Positions 40,090 to 54,380 of a DNA stretch of 64,000 nucleotides are shown here, one piece after another. The DNA is from the human T2T-CHM13v2.0 reference genome, Homo sapiens. The first letter of the stretch is position 1, and every line of letters begins with the position of its first letter. Location of the stretch: the NCBI RefSeq assembly GCF_009914755.1, contig NC_060934.1. One strand, written 5' to 3'. Below the pieces are notes generated by a model that was not told the origin of the DNA, did no database searches, and saw only the letters and a list, made by a program, of their open reading frames with translations. Both the position numbers and the translations under genes were made by a program.

Positions 40090-40385
40090 TGTTTTATTTA
40101 TTTATTTAGAGACGGACTCTCTGTCGCCCAGGCTGGAGTGCACTGGTGCATCTTGGCTCACTGCAATCTCCACCTCCCAGGTTCAAGCGATTCTCCAGCC
40201 TCAGTCTCCCGAGTAGCTGGGACTACAGGCATGCACCATCATGTCCGGCTAATTTTTGTATTTTTAGTAGAGATGGGCTTTCAGCATGTTGGCCAGGCTG
40301 GTCTTGAACTCCTGACCTCAGGTGATCCACCTGCCTCTGCTTCCCAAAGTGCTGTGATTACAGGCGTGAGCCACCGCACCTGGCC
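40090..40385 (-). mobile_element. AluSx-type
   Basis: Full dimer, ctcaggtgatccacc; flanking tgccc(c)tt repeats. Confidence 0.95.
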
Positions 40386-41819
40386 TGCCCTTTCTTTTTC
40401 TCCATGTTGGCTCCCCTGTTCTCCCCCAACATGAGTGCTTAGCATTTCACCAGCTTTTCTTCCCAGGCAACATTTTCCCCTTCCCTGGACTTAGTGTGTG
40501 TTGAGCTAGAACATTCACTCACTGGAATCTAATTTCAGTCCTGCGAAGGTTAATTTATCGTTTTTCAGGCTGTGTACTCATTTAAAGCAAAATTACCCAG
40601 CTACTAGTCTTCTTGATAGCAATTACGTCCAACGAAAGCAAACTACTGAGCTTCATGTATTGGTAATGGCCTTTCTTTATGTATTTTTCCTTAGGGATAA
40701 AGTTGAATGGGGAAATTAGTCACATTAAGCTGGAAAAATAGTGAACAAAATACATATTTTATATTTTTGAAAAATATCCTCCTGCTACCAATTAAGGTCT
40801 TTATTAGAAACAGGTATTTTCACATTATGGGGGTTGTCTTTATATTAAACGGAGCAAACCCAAATGAATAGTTACTTAAGAGGATCTTTTTAATAAATAC
40901 TCAAGTCCATTTTAATATCTAATAATAGTGGCTGCCTCAAGTATTCAAATTTTAGCATAACCAGCAGGAAAACTGTTTGATGTTTTAATTATGTCCCTGA
41001 AAATGCTGAATGGGTTATAAAAAGCAATTTGAAGAAAATAAAAGAAGGGATTTTTAAAAATTATTAGTGTTTCAGGGAAAAAGACATTTTCCACATCCCA
41101 TTAAAAACCTTTCTGCATTGTAAAAATACTATCTGCTGATAAACTGGGCCAAATAAGCAAAAAGGATTTGAATCTGTTGCAAGTGTTCACATTTGGGGGA
41201 AAAAAAAAATCTGAAAAACTGAAGGAAAAAAAAAGACCTCAGAGGAACCATATCCCAAGGAGTGGAGGGCTATGGAAATTGAGCATGCCTTGAAAGAAAG
41301 GAAGAAAATCTTTTAATTATGTTTAAAATTAGCCAGAACCTTGTACTTGTCCCAGAGAGATTCCTGGGAGGGTTGGAACATTTCTGATGAACGGGCTGAT
41401 GTAATCACTTCAAAAACCCCACCTGGAAGTCTGGACTTGGGAGGAGGCTGTGGGGACATTCCGGGGCTAGATCCTGCTGCCCCCAGGTCATCCTTCTGGG
41501 CAGGAATCAGGAAAGCTATCCCTGAGGAGAGGGAAGCAATGAGAAAAGGAGCCGTTTCCAAGGAATGGAACCAGATGTCCAAGCTACAGGGCTGCGAATG
41601 GGGCTCAGCAGAGGACAGGCACACATGAAACGGGGAGTGGGAAGGCTGGATTCTGGGTTAACTCTTTCTCCTCTCAGTAGGGGGGGGCCTGGCCCCCAGA
41701 TGACAGGAAAGCCACCTTCCTCATGGCCAGATACAAGGTACCATGAAGAACTCAGGGAGGTAATTCTACCCAAGAAAATGGGTCCTTTCCCTGCGTTAGC
41801 TGCCTGGTGGTGGTCCAGG

Positions 41820-42482
<663 letters not shown>

Positions 42483-42699
42483 ACACTGCAGTTTTCTGCT
42501 TTTTGTGCTTCTTCGGATTTCTGCCTTTTAGACTAAATGATATATATATTAAATGATTAGGAGCTTAATGGTTCTCTTTAGAATAGGGCCTACTAGTAAA
42601 GTGATTTGTATTTACAGTGCAGGGACAGTTTGGTCTTAGGAGACATTTTATTCCATTTAGCTAGGTCATTATTGAATCAGGTACCCACCTGGCTTGTCA

Positions 42700-43051
<352 letters not shown>

Positions 43052-43429
43052 CTATCGTACTTGGCTTCAAAGATCTTGGTTTTGCCCATGGTGTCTTCTT
43101 TTAAGTATATTTTTGTTGTGCTCTTCTGTTCGGAAAAGCAGCCTGTTTGTTTTATTTACTTATGAACACATAATGATAACGTCCCTACTATGTGCAGGCA
43201 CTGTGTTGGGAGTGAGGAAAGACTAGCTGAATAAGACTCAAACTTGAGCGTCACGCCTCAGCAGGCCTTGCACTTTCAAGTAGCATAATTGCGTTGCTGA
43301 TAAGCTCAGCTCCAATTATATCTCATTGTATTGTTCTCATTTCTACCCAGAAATCTGAAATGTTTACCTGCTTAAAACCCCTAAACATTTGGCTACTGGA
43401 CCACGTGTACCCTGGAGATAAGATGGAAC

Positions 43430-43620
43430 CAACAATGCTGAGTTCCTATTATGTGCCTGACACCGTAAGAGATTTATAGGATGCTGTTCCTTTTGAGTTT
43501 TGCAGTAGCCCTGTGGGGTCAGTATCATACCCATTTTACAGATGAAGAAATATGGAACAGATAAGAAACTTGCTCAAAGTCATGTGGCTACTAAGTGGGC
43601 AGAATTAGCATTTAAGCACC
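43430..43620 (-). mobile_element. MIR SINE
   Basis: cccattttacagatgaagaaa...acttgctcaaagtcatgtggcta. Confidence 0.75.
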
Positions 43621-43974
43621 ATTATACCTTTTTTTTTTTCCATTATAGTCCGTTGTCTTCCTGAAAAGAATAATTGAAAGTTGAAAGAAGGTAAATGCTA
43701 GAAGTTACTTGGGAAATAATTGTTGCAGCAATGATTACAACCCTCTTTTTTTTGTTTTTTTTTTTTTTGTTTTTTTGCTGATGAGGTAATGGAGATGCAG
43801 TCTTAATAAATATTTTTTGAATGAACAAAGAAATGAGTGAATGAATTAAAGAAAGTCAAAGGTTAAACTTGTCTACTCCTACCTTTAAATAGAGCAGACA
43901 TTACCCTTCCTAAATCCTCAGCTTTGTGAGCCTTCTAGATCATGAGAAACTCAAGATTTACTTTATTTAAATAG

Positions 43975-44215
43975 TAATTATTGTTATGTCAATTATCATT
44001 GATAATGTTCCAGAACTATACTTTCTATGTGCCCAGTTTAGTACCACTTTATATATAGCATTTAACTTAATCTTTAGTATAATCTTTACAGATGAAAAAA
44101 ACGATGTTTAGAGACATCGTTTAAACTCACCCAGTGGCCCAGCTAGTAAATATAGCAAGATTCAAGCTCAAGGCTTGGATTTCAAAGACCAAGCTCTTCC
44201 CACTTCACCACACTG
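43975..44215 (-). mobile_element. MIR SINE
   Basis: tatgtgcccag...tttacagatgaaaaaa...cagctagtaaat...gattcaagctcaagg. Confidence 0.65.
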
Positions 44216-44284
44216 CTCAGTGGGAAGCTTCCTTGGTGGCCTGTAAGAGTTTTCCGCTTTAAGGCATTTGAATTCTCTAGCTGG

Positions 44285-44697
44285 TGCTGTTGGAGTCCCC
44301 ACACATATCCCCTTGACCCTGAGTGAGGTCTCCAGCAGACAGCTCCCAGATACTCCAATGGCTCCTGACTGTACTTGGCCAGATCACAGGGCAAGCCAAA
44401 AGTGCCAGGGAATGAATGCCCCAGAAGGACCCTCTCAATCAATGATGGATAGGAATTGGTGGATAACTACTGCAGCTTCCTTGTCCCTTTAACAGACAAT
44501 TCAGAAGCGACCTCCACAGTCTCTCAGGTCTGTTGTGAGACTGAGCCCAGCTGCCTGCAAATGTAGCCTGATCATTAGTCCATTAGCGCCCTCTTTATGG
44601 TTTCACTTTCTTTCTCCCTCTAGTGCTTTCTTGGCTCAACTCTCAAATAAACAACTTATACCTAGGTTCTGCTTTTGGGGAAACTCAAACTAAGAAA
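44285..44697 (+). mobile_element. LTR16-type ERVL solo LTR
   Basis: ctctcaatcaatgatggataggaattggtggataactac...caaataaacaactt...ctgcttttggggaaactcaaactaaga. Confidence 0.75.
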
Positions 44698-44765
44698 GGT
44701 ACTGCCTTCTTCTCAATGCTCAGAACTTAGGGAGCTCCGCCATGATGCGGGTGGCCCAAGAATAA

Positions 44766-45105
<340 letters not shown>

Positions 45106-45867
45106 AAGTATCTTCTTTAATGAAAGAAAAATTTTCCTTCTTTCACCTTGCTCCTTCAGAGGGAAGACTGCCTGGTGTGAAGAGTTGGTATTTAGGTGGT
45201 CATATACTTTTGAAATGGTGAATGGAGTTCCCAAGGTCACATGACTTCTGCTGAAGTGGGGATTCCCTAGAGAATTTCAGCAGAGGGTGAGGCAAGGGTA
45301 CCTGGCTGCCTCTGCTCCTGGTGCCAACCATATGCCGTGGACTTCACAGCCCAGGCAGGCAGGTATAGGCCTGCACCTGCTGTAGTGCTCTTGAAGGCTT
45401 GAGTGGGGAGTGGGGATGCTCAGAAGGACCCATGAGTGAACAGGACCATGTCACCTTCTGGAGCTTGCCAAGAAAGCCCTTTATGTCAACTGGGGGCTGG
45501 GGCGGGGAACAGCAGGACAAAGCAGAAAGATAACTAACAGGGAGTTGAGCGATCTGGACTGAAACACTAGCTCTACCATGATTCTTTCAGTCAACCCATG
45601 ATTAGTAAGTGTCTGCTGTATGCAGGCTGGTGTGATATTTAAAACATTTAGCTGTCACTATCTGAGCACTGTGCCACACATTAACTCTTTGATTACTGGA
45701 TTATGGGGAGTCCAAAAGGTCCAGAGGAGGGTATGGGTTAGCTGGGGTACCATGGAGCACTGGGAAGGTTTGGGGCAGTGGTTAATTGCCAATGGATACA
45801 GAAACATTTCAATATCTTAACAACTGTCCCAGTCATACAGCCATGTAATGACTGAAAACATACCTGG

Positions 45868-46312
45868 TAATATGGTTTGGCTGTGTCCCCACAAAAATTT
45901 CATCTTGAATTGTAGCTCCCACAATTCCCATGTGTCATGGGAGTGACCCGGTAGAAGGTAATTGAATCATGGGGGTGGGTCTTTCTCATGCTGTTCTTGT
46001 GACAGTGAATAAGTCTCATGAGATCTGATGTTTTTTTTTTTTTTGAGATGGAGTATCGCTCTTTTGCCCAGGCTGGAGCGCAGTGGCATGGAAATCTGAT
46101 GGTTTTATAAAGATCTGATGGTTTTACATGCTCTCTGTTGCCTACACCATGTAAGATGTGCCTTTTGCCTCTTCTGCCATGACTGTGAGGCCTCCCCAGC
46201 CATGTGGAACTGTGAGTCAATTAACTCCTCTCTTTGTCTCTTTTTTTTTTTTTTAAATAAGTTACCCAGTCTTAGGTATGTGTTATTAGCAGCAAGAGAA
46301 CAGACTAATATA
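45868..46312 (+). mobile_element. THE1-type MaLR solo LTR with internal Alu fragment
   Basis: tatggtttggctgtgtccccac...gaggcctccccagccatgtggaactgtgagtc...cagactaata; TSD cctgg (45863-45867, 46313-46317). Confidence 0.9.
46031..46090 (-). mobile_element. Severely 5'-truncated Alu (3' ~46 nt plus tail)
   Basis: T14 gagatggagtatcgctcttttgcccaggctggagcgcagtggcatg, flanked by atctgatg repeats. Confidence 0.85.
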
Positions 46313-46319
46313 CCTGGTA

Positions 46320-46960
46320 CCTGGAACTATGCTAGGCACTGGGAAATAATCGTGAAACCAAGCCAATTTCATCCTTGTTGCCTAGGGAAACAGACTCTGT
46401 TCACCCCTTCACACTAATAAGCATATGATTCTACACCAGATGAAAGTTCTCCAGGAAAGAAGCTTTGCTCCGAAAGCATTAAGCACAGGAGCTTCACCCG
46501 GTGCTGGGGCCAGAGAAGACTTCCTTGAAGAACACAAACCAAAATCTATAAGCGAATCGAGTGAGCAGCAGGATGAGAACTTTCCAGAGAGGGAACAGCA
46601 ATCTTGAAAAAGTCTGGGGGTGGAAGGGAACATGTTGTATTTGAAGGTTGGACAGGTGGTCAGTGTGGCTTGAACAAGGAGAATGGGGGTGGGGAGTGGA
46701 CCAAGATGACTTTGGAGGCTCACACAGGAGCCAGGCCAGGCAGCACCTGCTGGACATCAGGATTTGGGCTTTATTGCTAGGGTCCTTGAAGAGTTTTAAA
46801 TGGGGAACACAGTGAAGTGGTGAAGCAGAGGCCGTGACAGCCTGCTCTAGCGGGTGGCCCAGGAAATGCAGAGGACATAGGAGGGGCAGATTGGGGATAG
46901 ATTGGATGGGGTGCTGGTGGTGATGGTGCCTCTCAAGGGTGTGTCCTTGGTTTCCAGTTC
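46320..46960 (-). mobile_element. L2 fragment
   Basis: tatgctaggcactggg...agaagacttccttgaag...ttccagagagggaacagc...gaagagttttaaatgggg. Confidence 0.65.
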
Positions 46961-47159
46961 CTTTAACAAGAGGGATGGTGGGTGGTGCCCTTCCCGAGCA
47001 CTGGGACACTGAAGCAGGATTAGCTCTGTGTCTGTGCCACTTCCTCTCTGGGGCTGAGTTTCCTCATTTATATACAGAGAGATGGACCTTATGGCCTCCA
47101 AAAGGCCATTGTCCATATTCCTACACAAGAACAATTAAAGCTGCAGTAAAGGCTATCAA

Positions 47160-47462
<303 letters not shown>

Positions 47463-48974
47463 CTACCAAAAGATGTAGTTTTAGGTTATGGTTATCTAAA
47501 TATTAGAATATAAAAATCTTAGATCTCTTTGTCCTGTCTCATCCCTGGAGTCAGATACAATAGAGATAGGCATCTTAAGTGATATTTTTTATTTTCTCCA
47601 GTGAACTCCCGCTTCTGTGAGAGAAAGGGGTGGAATCCCACAGCCTGACATGAGCTGATCATGTGACCCCGTAGGGTCGCGGACCCTCTCTGGTTCTCAG
47701 TGTCCTTGTTTCTAAGGGGAGGGTTTTGGACCAGGATGACCCTGGGGTCCTCTGCGGTGCCTGCATTCTATGACATGCCGTTCATGGTATTATCCCGTGA
47801 CAGTGCTCATTTGAGCATTCTAGGGGCCTCGTAGACTTCTAGGAAGGGTCGGACCGTTTCACCTGGCAGGCTGGGAGATCACTCAGGATGCTTTGCTATC
47901 AGGTACACCAGAAAGGGGAGGGCTACCTTAGGCCTGGGTCAGAGCATGTTTGTGGGAGGCTGGCTGGGAAGCTTACTTGTCCTTGGGTTTTGAGGGAATA
48001 CCTGCCAGGTCTTTGGAGAATTTGAGAAAGGAAGCTCAGTCCAGGCTGACTGTAAGGAGGAAGGGGAGTCAGGTCCAGACTCTCAGAAACCCAGATATCC
48101 TTTGTCCTCACTAGGGAGGGACTTTTATTTTTTAAACCAAAGCCTGGCTTCTGCAGCAATGTCTCGGAAGATGTGCTGTGGCAAGGCCGAGGTGGGGCCT
48201 CTCCCCCTTCTCTTCTTGTTATTTAGTGTACAAATCCATTAGCATTGCTTTTTCTTGAGCATCCAAGATGTTACAGCCTATCACTCAAGTCATTCACATG
48301 GCCTTTCAGCCTTTCTTTAGAAGACAATTGTGTCTTCAGTCAAAGACCTCTTGACAAGAGAAAATGGAAACCTGGGAGGGCATAATGCAGCCAAGTGCTT
48401 GCTGTACACCTGCAGAATGTGACTCCGTGTGCCATTACTTCCCAAATTGTTGTGCTGAAAGATTTCTCTTGTTTACATCTCTTTATGGCCCAGCATTTAA
48501 CCTTGGGGCTCCGAAGACTGTCTCTCCTCCCTGCATCTTACATTGGCAATTATTTCCTTCGTGGCCTTCATTTTATGTAATTATCTTGGGGCAGTCATCA
48601 TGCAAGCATTTACTTAGCTTCACTGCGGGGCGGAGACTTCTGCCTCAAATTCCCTCCACTCTGGGAACTTGCTTTAGGTCATTTACTGATTCTAATCTTT
48701 TGGGCTTTTTTCGGGGGCTGTGCCCCCAAAAATGAAATGGAGAAAGTCTATGTCTAAAACCCTAACAAAAAGGAAGGTATTAAAAATGACAGTGATTCAT
48801 GATCTCATATCAGAGTGCCCATGTCGATAAAATGGACACGGACATGTTAGAAAAAGTCATAGTGGTTGACATGGTGATGATGCATTGGTGGTTTCCAGCC
48901 AGTGAGGGTAAGTTGTTTGTAAAAAATCAAGTTTATGATGGAAAATTTCGAATTGTATATAAAAATAGGATATT

Positions 48975-49906
<932 letters not shown>

Positions 49907-49909
49907 GGA

Positions 49910-50870
<961 letters not shown>

Positions 50871-51489
50871 ACAGATATGATTCCTTCCCCATATGCTAAT
50901 TGCAGCTGCTGCTTTATCTTACTTCCCTGTACTCATCAGAAACTTGTCCCATCCTGAGACAGGGAGTCCTGTGCTTTAAGAGAGGAGCACAGGGGGCTGG
51001 GAGGCACTTCCCTAGAGCTTCCCCAAACCACACTGCCTTACCCCAACGCATGGTGAGAGGAAACCAGACTGCAGAGTGCAGGGGTCGGAATGGCAGAGAC
51101 TGCCCGGCTCTCTCCCCTTTCACCTAACGCCTGGGCTGCTGGCCCATTTGCTTCTTCAAGCACATCACCTGCTTACACACCTCCGCACTTTTACTGGTGC
51201 TGTTCTCTGCTTTGTTCATTTATTCACCAAATATTTATTGAACACCTACTGTGTGCCCAGTACCATGCAAGGAACTAATGACAGAATAAACAAGAGACTG
51301 TCTCTTGAACCCTTGAGAAGTTCCCACTCTGGTGAGGGTTATAATTATGAAATTCCTCCCGACGCAGCTCAACTGTTACCTCCTTGTGTGAGGTCTTCTC
51401 CTTCCTCCCTCCCACTCCTCCTGCAGAACTGACCATTTTCTTTGTGTGTGCCCTCTGCCCCAGATGCTGATCTAGTGCTCATTACACAG

Positions 51490-51740
51490 AGAAAGAGTCA
51501 GGAGCATGGGTATTTATGTTGTCTGCATGACTATGGACTCCACTAGGAAGAATCTATATCCTATTAATTGTTGCATTTTATTTCTATAACTTACTAGCTG
51601 TGTGATCTGGGGCAAGTTACTTAATTTCTCTGACCTCAGTTGCCTTATCTGTAATACGGGGCTAACTCCAGGACCTACCTCCAAGGAATGTATCGAAGAT
51701 TGAGAGGATTTTGCACGCACAGCTTTTAGCTACCTTTGTT
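51490..51740 (+). mobile_element. MIR SINE
   Basis: ttactagctgtgtgatctggggcaagttacttaatttctctgacctcagttgccttatctgtaa. Confidence 0.8.
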
Positions 51741-51964
51741 GTCATCTTTGAGTTTAATGCATTCCTTGGCACTCACTAAGTATTTGTTGAATTACTGATC
51801 AATGAACAGATAGGATGTAATCTTTACTTTTAAGCAATTAATAAATGAGTAAATAAGATATATGTGAAAAAATAGTTAACAAGGTAATGAGGTATGGTAA
51901 AAGGACTTTGGGTCAGTAGATAGAAAAGTGAAAGATGCTAAGCTTCAACAGTTGTCCCCTAGAG

Positions 51965-52192
51965 AAGTAGTTCTCAACCGAGGGTGATTGTGTTCTTTCC
52001 AGAAAATATTTGGTGTTGTCTGGGGAGATTTTGTTTGCCATAGTTTGGGGAGGTGCTAGTGGCAGCTGGTGAGTAGAGAGAGCTACTGCTAAACATACTA
52101 CAATGCACAGGACAGCGCCTTCTGCACCTCCTGCTCCAACCAAAGAATTATCTAGGCCAAAATGTCAATAGTTCTGGAGTTGGGAAACACTG
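51965..52192. mobile_element. MER20 hAT-Charlie MITE
   Basis: agtagttctcaacc...ctgctaaacatactacaatgcacaggacagc...aaagaattatctaggccaaaatgtcaatag...gaaacactg; 8-bp flanks ccctagag/ttctagag. Confidence 0.85.
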
Positions 52193-52200
52193 TTCTAGAG

Positions 52201-52360
52201 CCTTCCTATGCAAAGTACAGTTCAAAGTCCAGCAGCATCAGCATCACCTGAGAGTTTGTTGGAAATGCAGAATCCCGAGCTGCAGCCCAGACCTACTGAA
52301 TCTGCACTTTAGCCAGATCACTATGTGATGTGTGTGCACACTGAAGTTTGGGAAGCAGTG
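52201..52360. mobile_element. MER5A/MER5A1 MITE
   Basis: ccagcagcatcagcatcacctgagagtttgttggaaatgcagaatc...agtttgggaagcagtg. Confidence 0.8.
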
Positions 52361-52368
52361 CTCTGGAA

Positions 52369-52561
52369 TAGTGCTTCTCAACCTTGAATGCTTATTGGAA
52401 TTACTGGGGTGGGAGGGAGCTGGTCATGGTGTTAAAACTCCTAATGCCCAGGCCACACACCATACTGGTGAAATAAAAATCCCTGGGGTAGAATCTAGGC
52501 ATAAATAATTTTCAAATCTCCCCAAGTGATTCCAATAGGCAGCCAGGGTTGAGAGTCACTG
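52369..52561. mobile_element. MER5B-like MITE
   Basis: agtgcttctcaacctt...atgcccaggccacac...ctccccaagtgattcc...gcagccagggttgagagtcactg. Confidence 0.8.
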
Positions 52562-54129
52562 ATCTGAGCCCACAGATCAGTCTGATTGGGTGGAGAGACT
52601 TGTGAATAGATCACAGGGCATGGTAGTAGCCTTCTCTGGAAGACAGAGCCCGGAGGGAAGATATTAACAGGGACCAGTTTGTTGAGAGCTGTGGTCACCC
52701 AGAGGACCCACCAAGAGAGTTTGACCTTGGGCCAGTCATTCCCCACCCCTACCCCTGATTAAATCTCCAGGGTTGTCTCAGTTTCACTGTATGTAAGAAG
52801 ATCTTCCAGGGGCATTCCACCTCAAACCTTCTGAGTAGCATATAGCATGGCTTAATAAGGGTTTGATAAGCAAATTAACAAATAAATGATCTATACTAAG
52901 GAAGAAACAAATGGTATAGACGACAGATGCTCTGGGAGATACAGAGCAAGGAGTCACTCATCAGTGAGAGCTTTGTAGAAAAAATAGGATTTTAGCAGGG
53001 CTCTGGGGCCAACCCACCAACAGAGGAAGAACACACATCTGTTTCCTTTTGTTTCTGTTTTGGGAAGGGGCCTACTTAGGCTCAGTGTCTCCAAGGAGAT
53101 GCATCAATCCTATACTTGCCCCAGTCGTATTTATAATTAACACAGGTCTGTATTTCAGCACAGCTGTAGATCATTAGCAACCATTTTTAAAGCTCAGCAG
53201 GTAGGGGCTTCTCCCCCTTATGGAGTCAGAGGAAAAAAGTTCCAGAACTTTCCACAGCTTCTGCCTCCTGGTGCTCTCCATGGAGTAAGAGCCCGGTTCT
53301 TTCTCTACCCCCTGCACATTAAAGCCCTTCACTTCTTAAAACAGATGATGGTTTTAAACGCCAGAATAAAGGGTTGGAAATGGGCTTAACCTCATCAAAC
53401 ACTTCCATATCTGATCTCACCTTCCTAGCTGCCGATCACGGGCAACATGAAAGGGTTCCATTTGCAGGCTGATTTTCAGCGTGTTTTTCTGCCTCAAAGT
53501 TTTGCCTGTAATGGCATGTGGAGGAGCAGGATGGAAATGTGGTAGGTGCTTGGTGGGAGATGGCCCTGCTTCTAGGATCTGGGGAGCTAGAGAGGTGAAA
53601 AATGTCACCTGGGCCTGGGTGGAGGATTTTTGCCAGCTTCTTTGGGAAAGCTATACTCTGCAATGAGCTGAGTTGGAGGAAGATGTTTTCTTTTATTGGA
53701 GACCCACTATCTAAAACTCCTTTTTATATTTGGGGAATTCTCCACCCCAAGAGTCTTGGAGGAGAGGAGAAGTGGAAAGGGCAGTACCCACTTTCTCAGC
53801 CCTTCTGGTAGTGAGGTCTTGGGCACATGACCTGGTTTCAGTTCATCAGACTCACCTGTCTAGGGAAAACCCATTGAAAACTATAGGGTACTGTTGCAAA
53901 GTAATAGCTGCTCCACCACTCCATCCCTTCCTTTCCCTCTTTCCTCTCCATTCCCCAGGGTAGCCATAGTGTTGGTTTTCACCTCCAGGTGTCACCTGGA
54001 GCTGGTCTTCCATTGCTTGTATCAGGGGATCCAGTCTGGCACAAGACCCAGAGACATCAAGATCTTAAGGCGAGGCAAGGCTTGAATTGCGATTTGGAAA
54101 TCAGAAGCCCTGCTCGGCAGAGATAGTAG

Positions 54130-54380
54130 AGGCACGTCCCAGGCAGCGCTGGGATGAGGGTGAGGAGAGCAATGATGAAGTGTGACTTTTATCCCATAAG
54201 CAATGGGAAGCCATTGGAAGGTTTTAAGTGGGAGGGGTTTGTGAGTGTGGATGTGAGATTTTATGATCAAATCTGAATTTTTAGAACATCACTGGTTTCT
54301 GTAGGAGAATGGATACGTGGAAGCAGGAGGGCCAGGGCAGTCACTTAAGTGAACAATGAGGTCTCTGGACCAGTGTGGCA
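54130..54380 (-). mobile_element. L2 fragment
   Basis: gactttatcccataagcaatgggaagccattggaaggttttaag. Confidence 0.65.
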
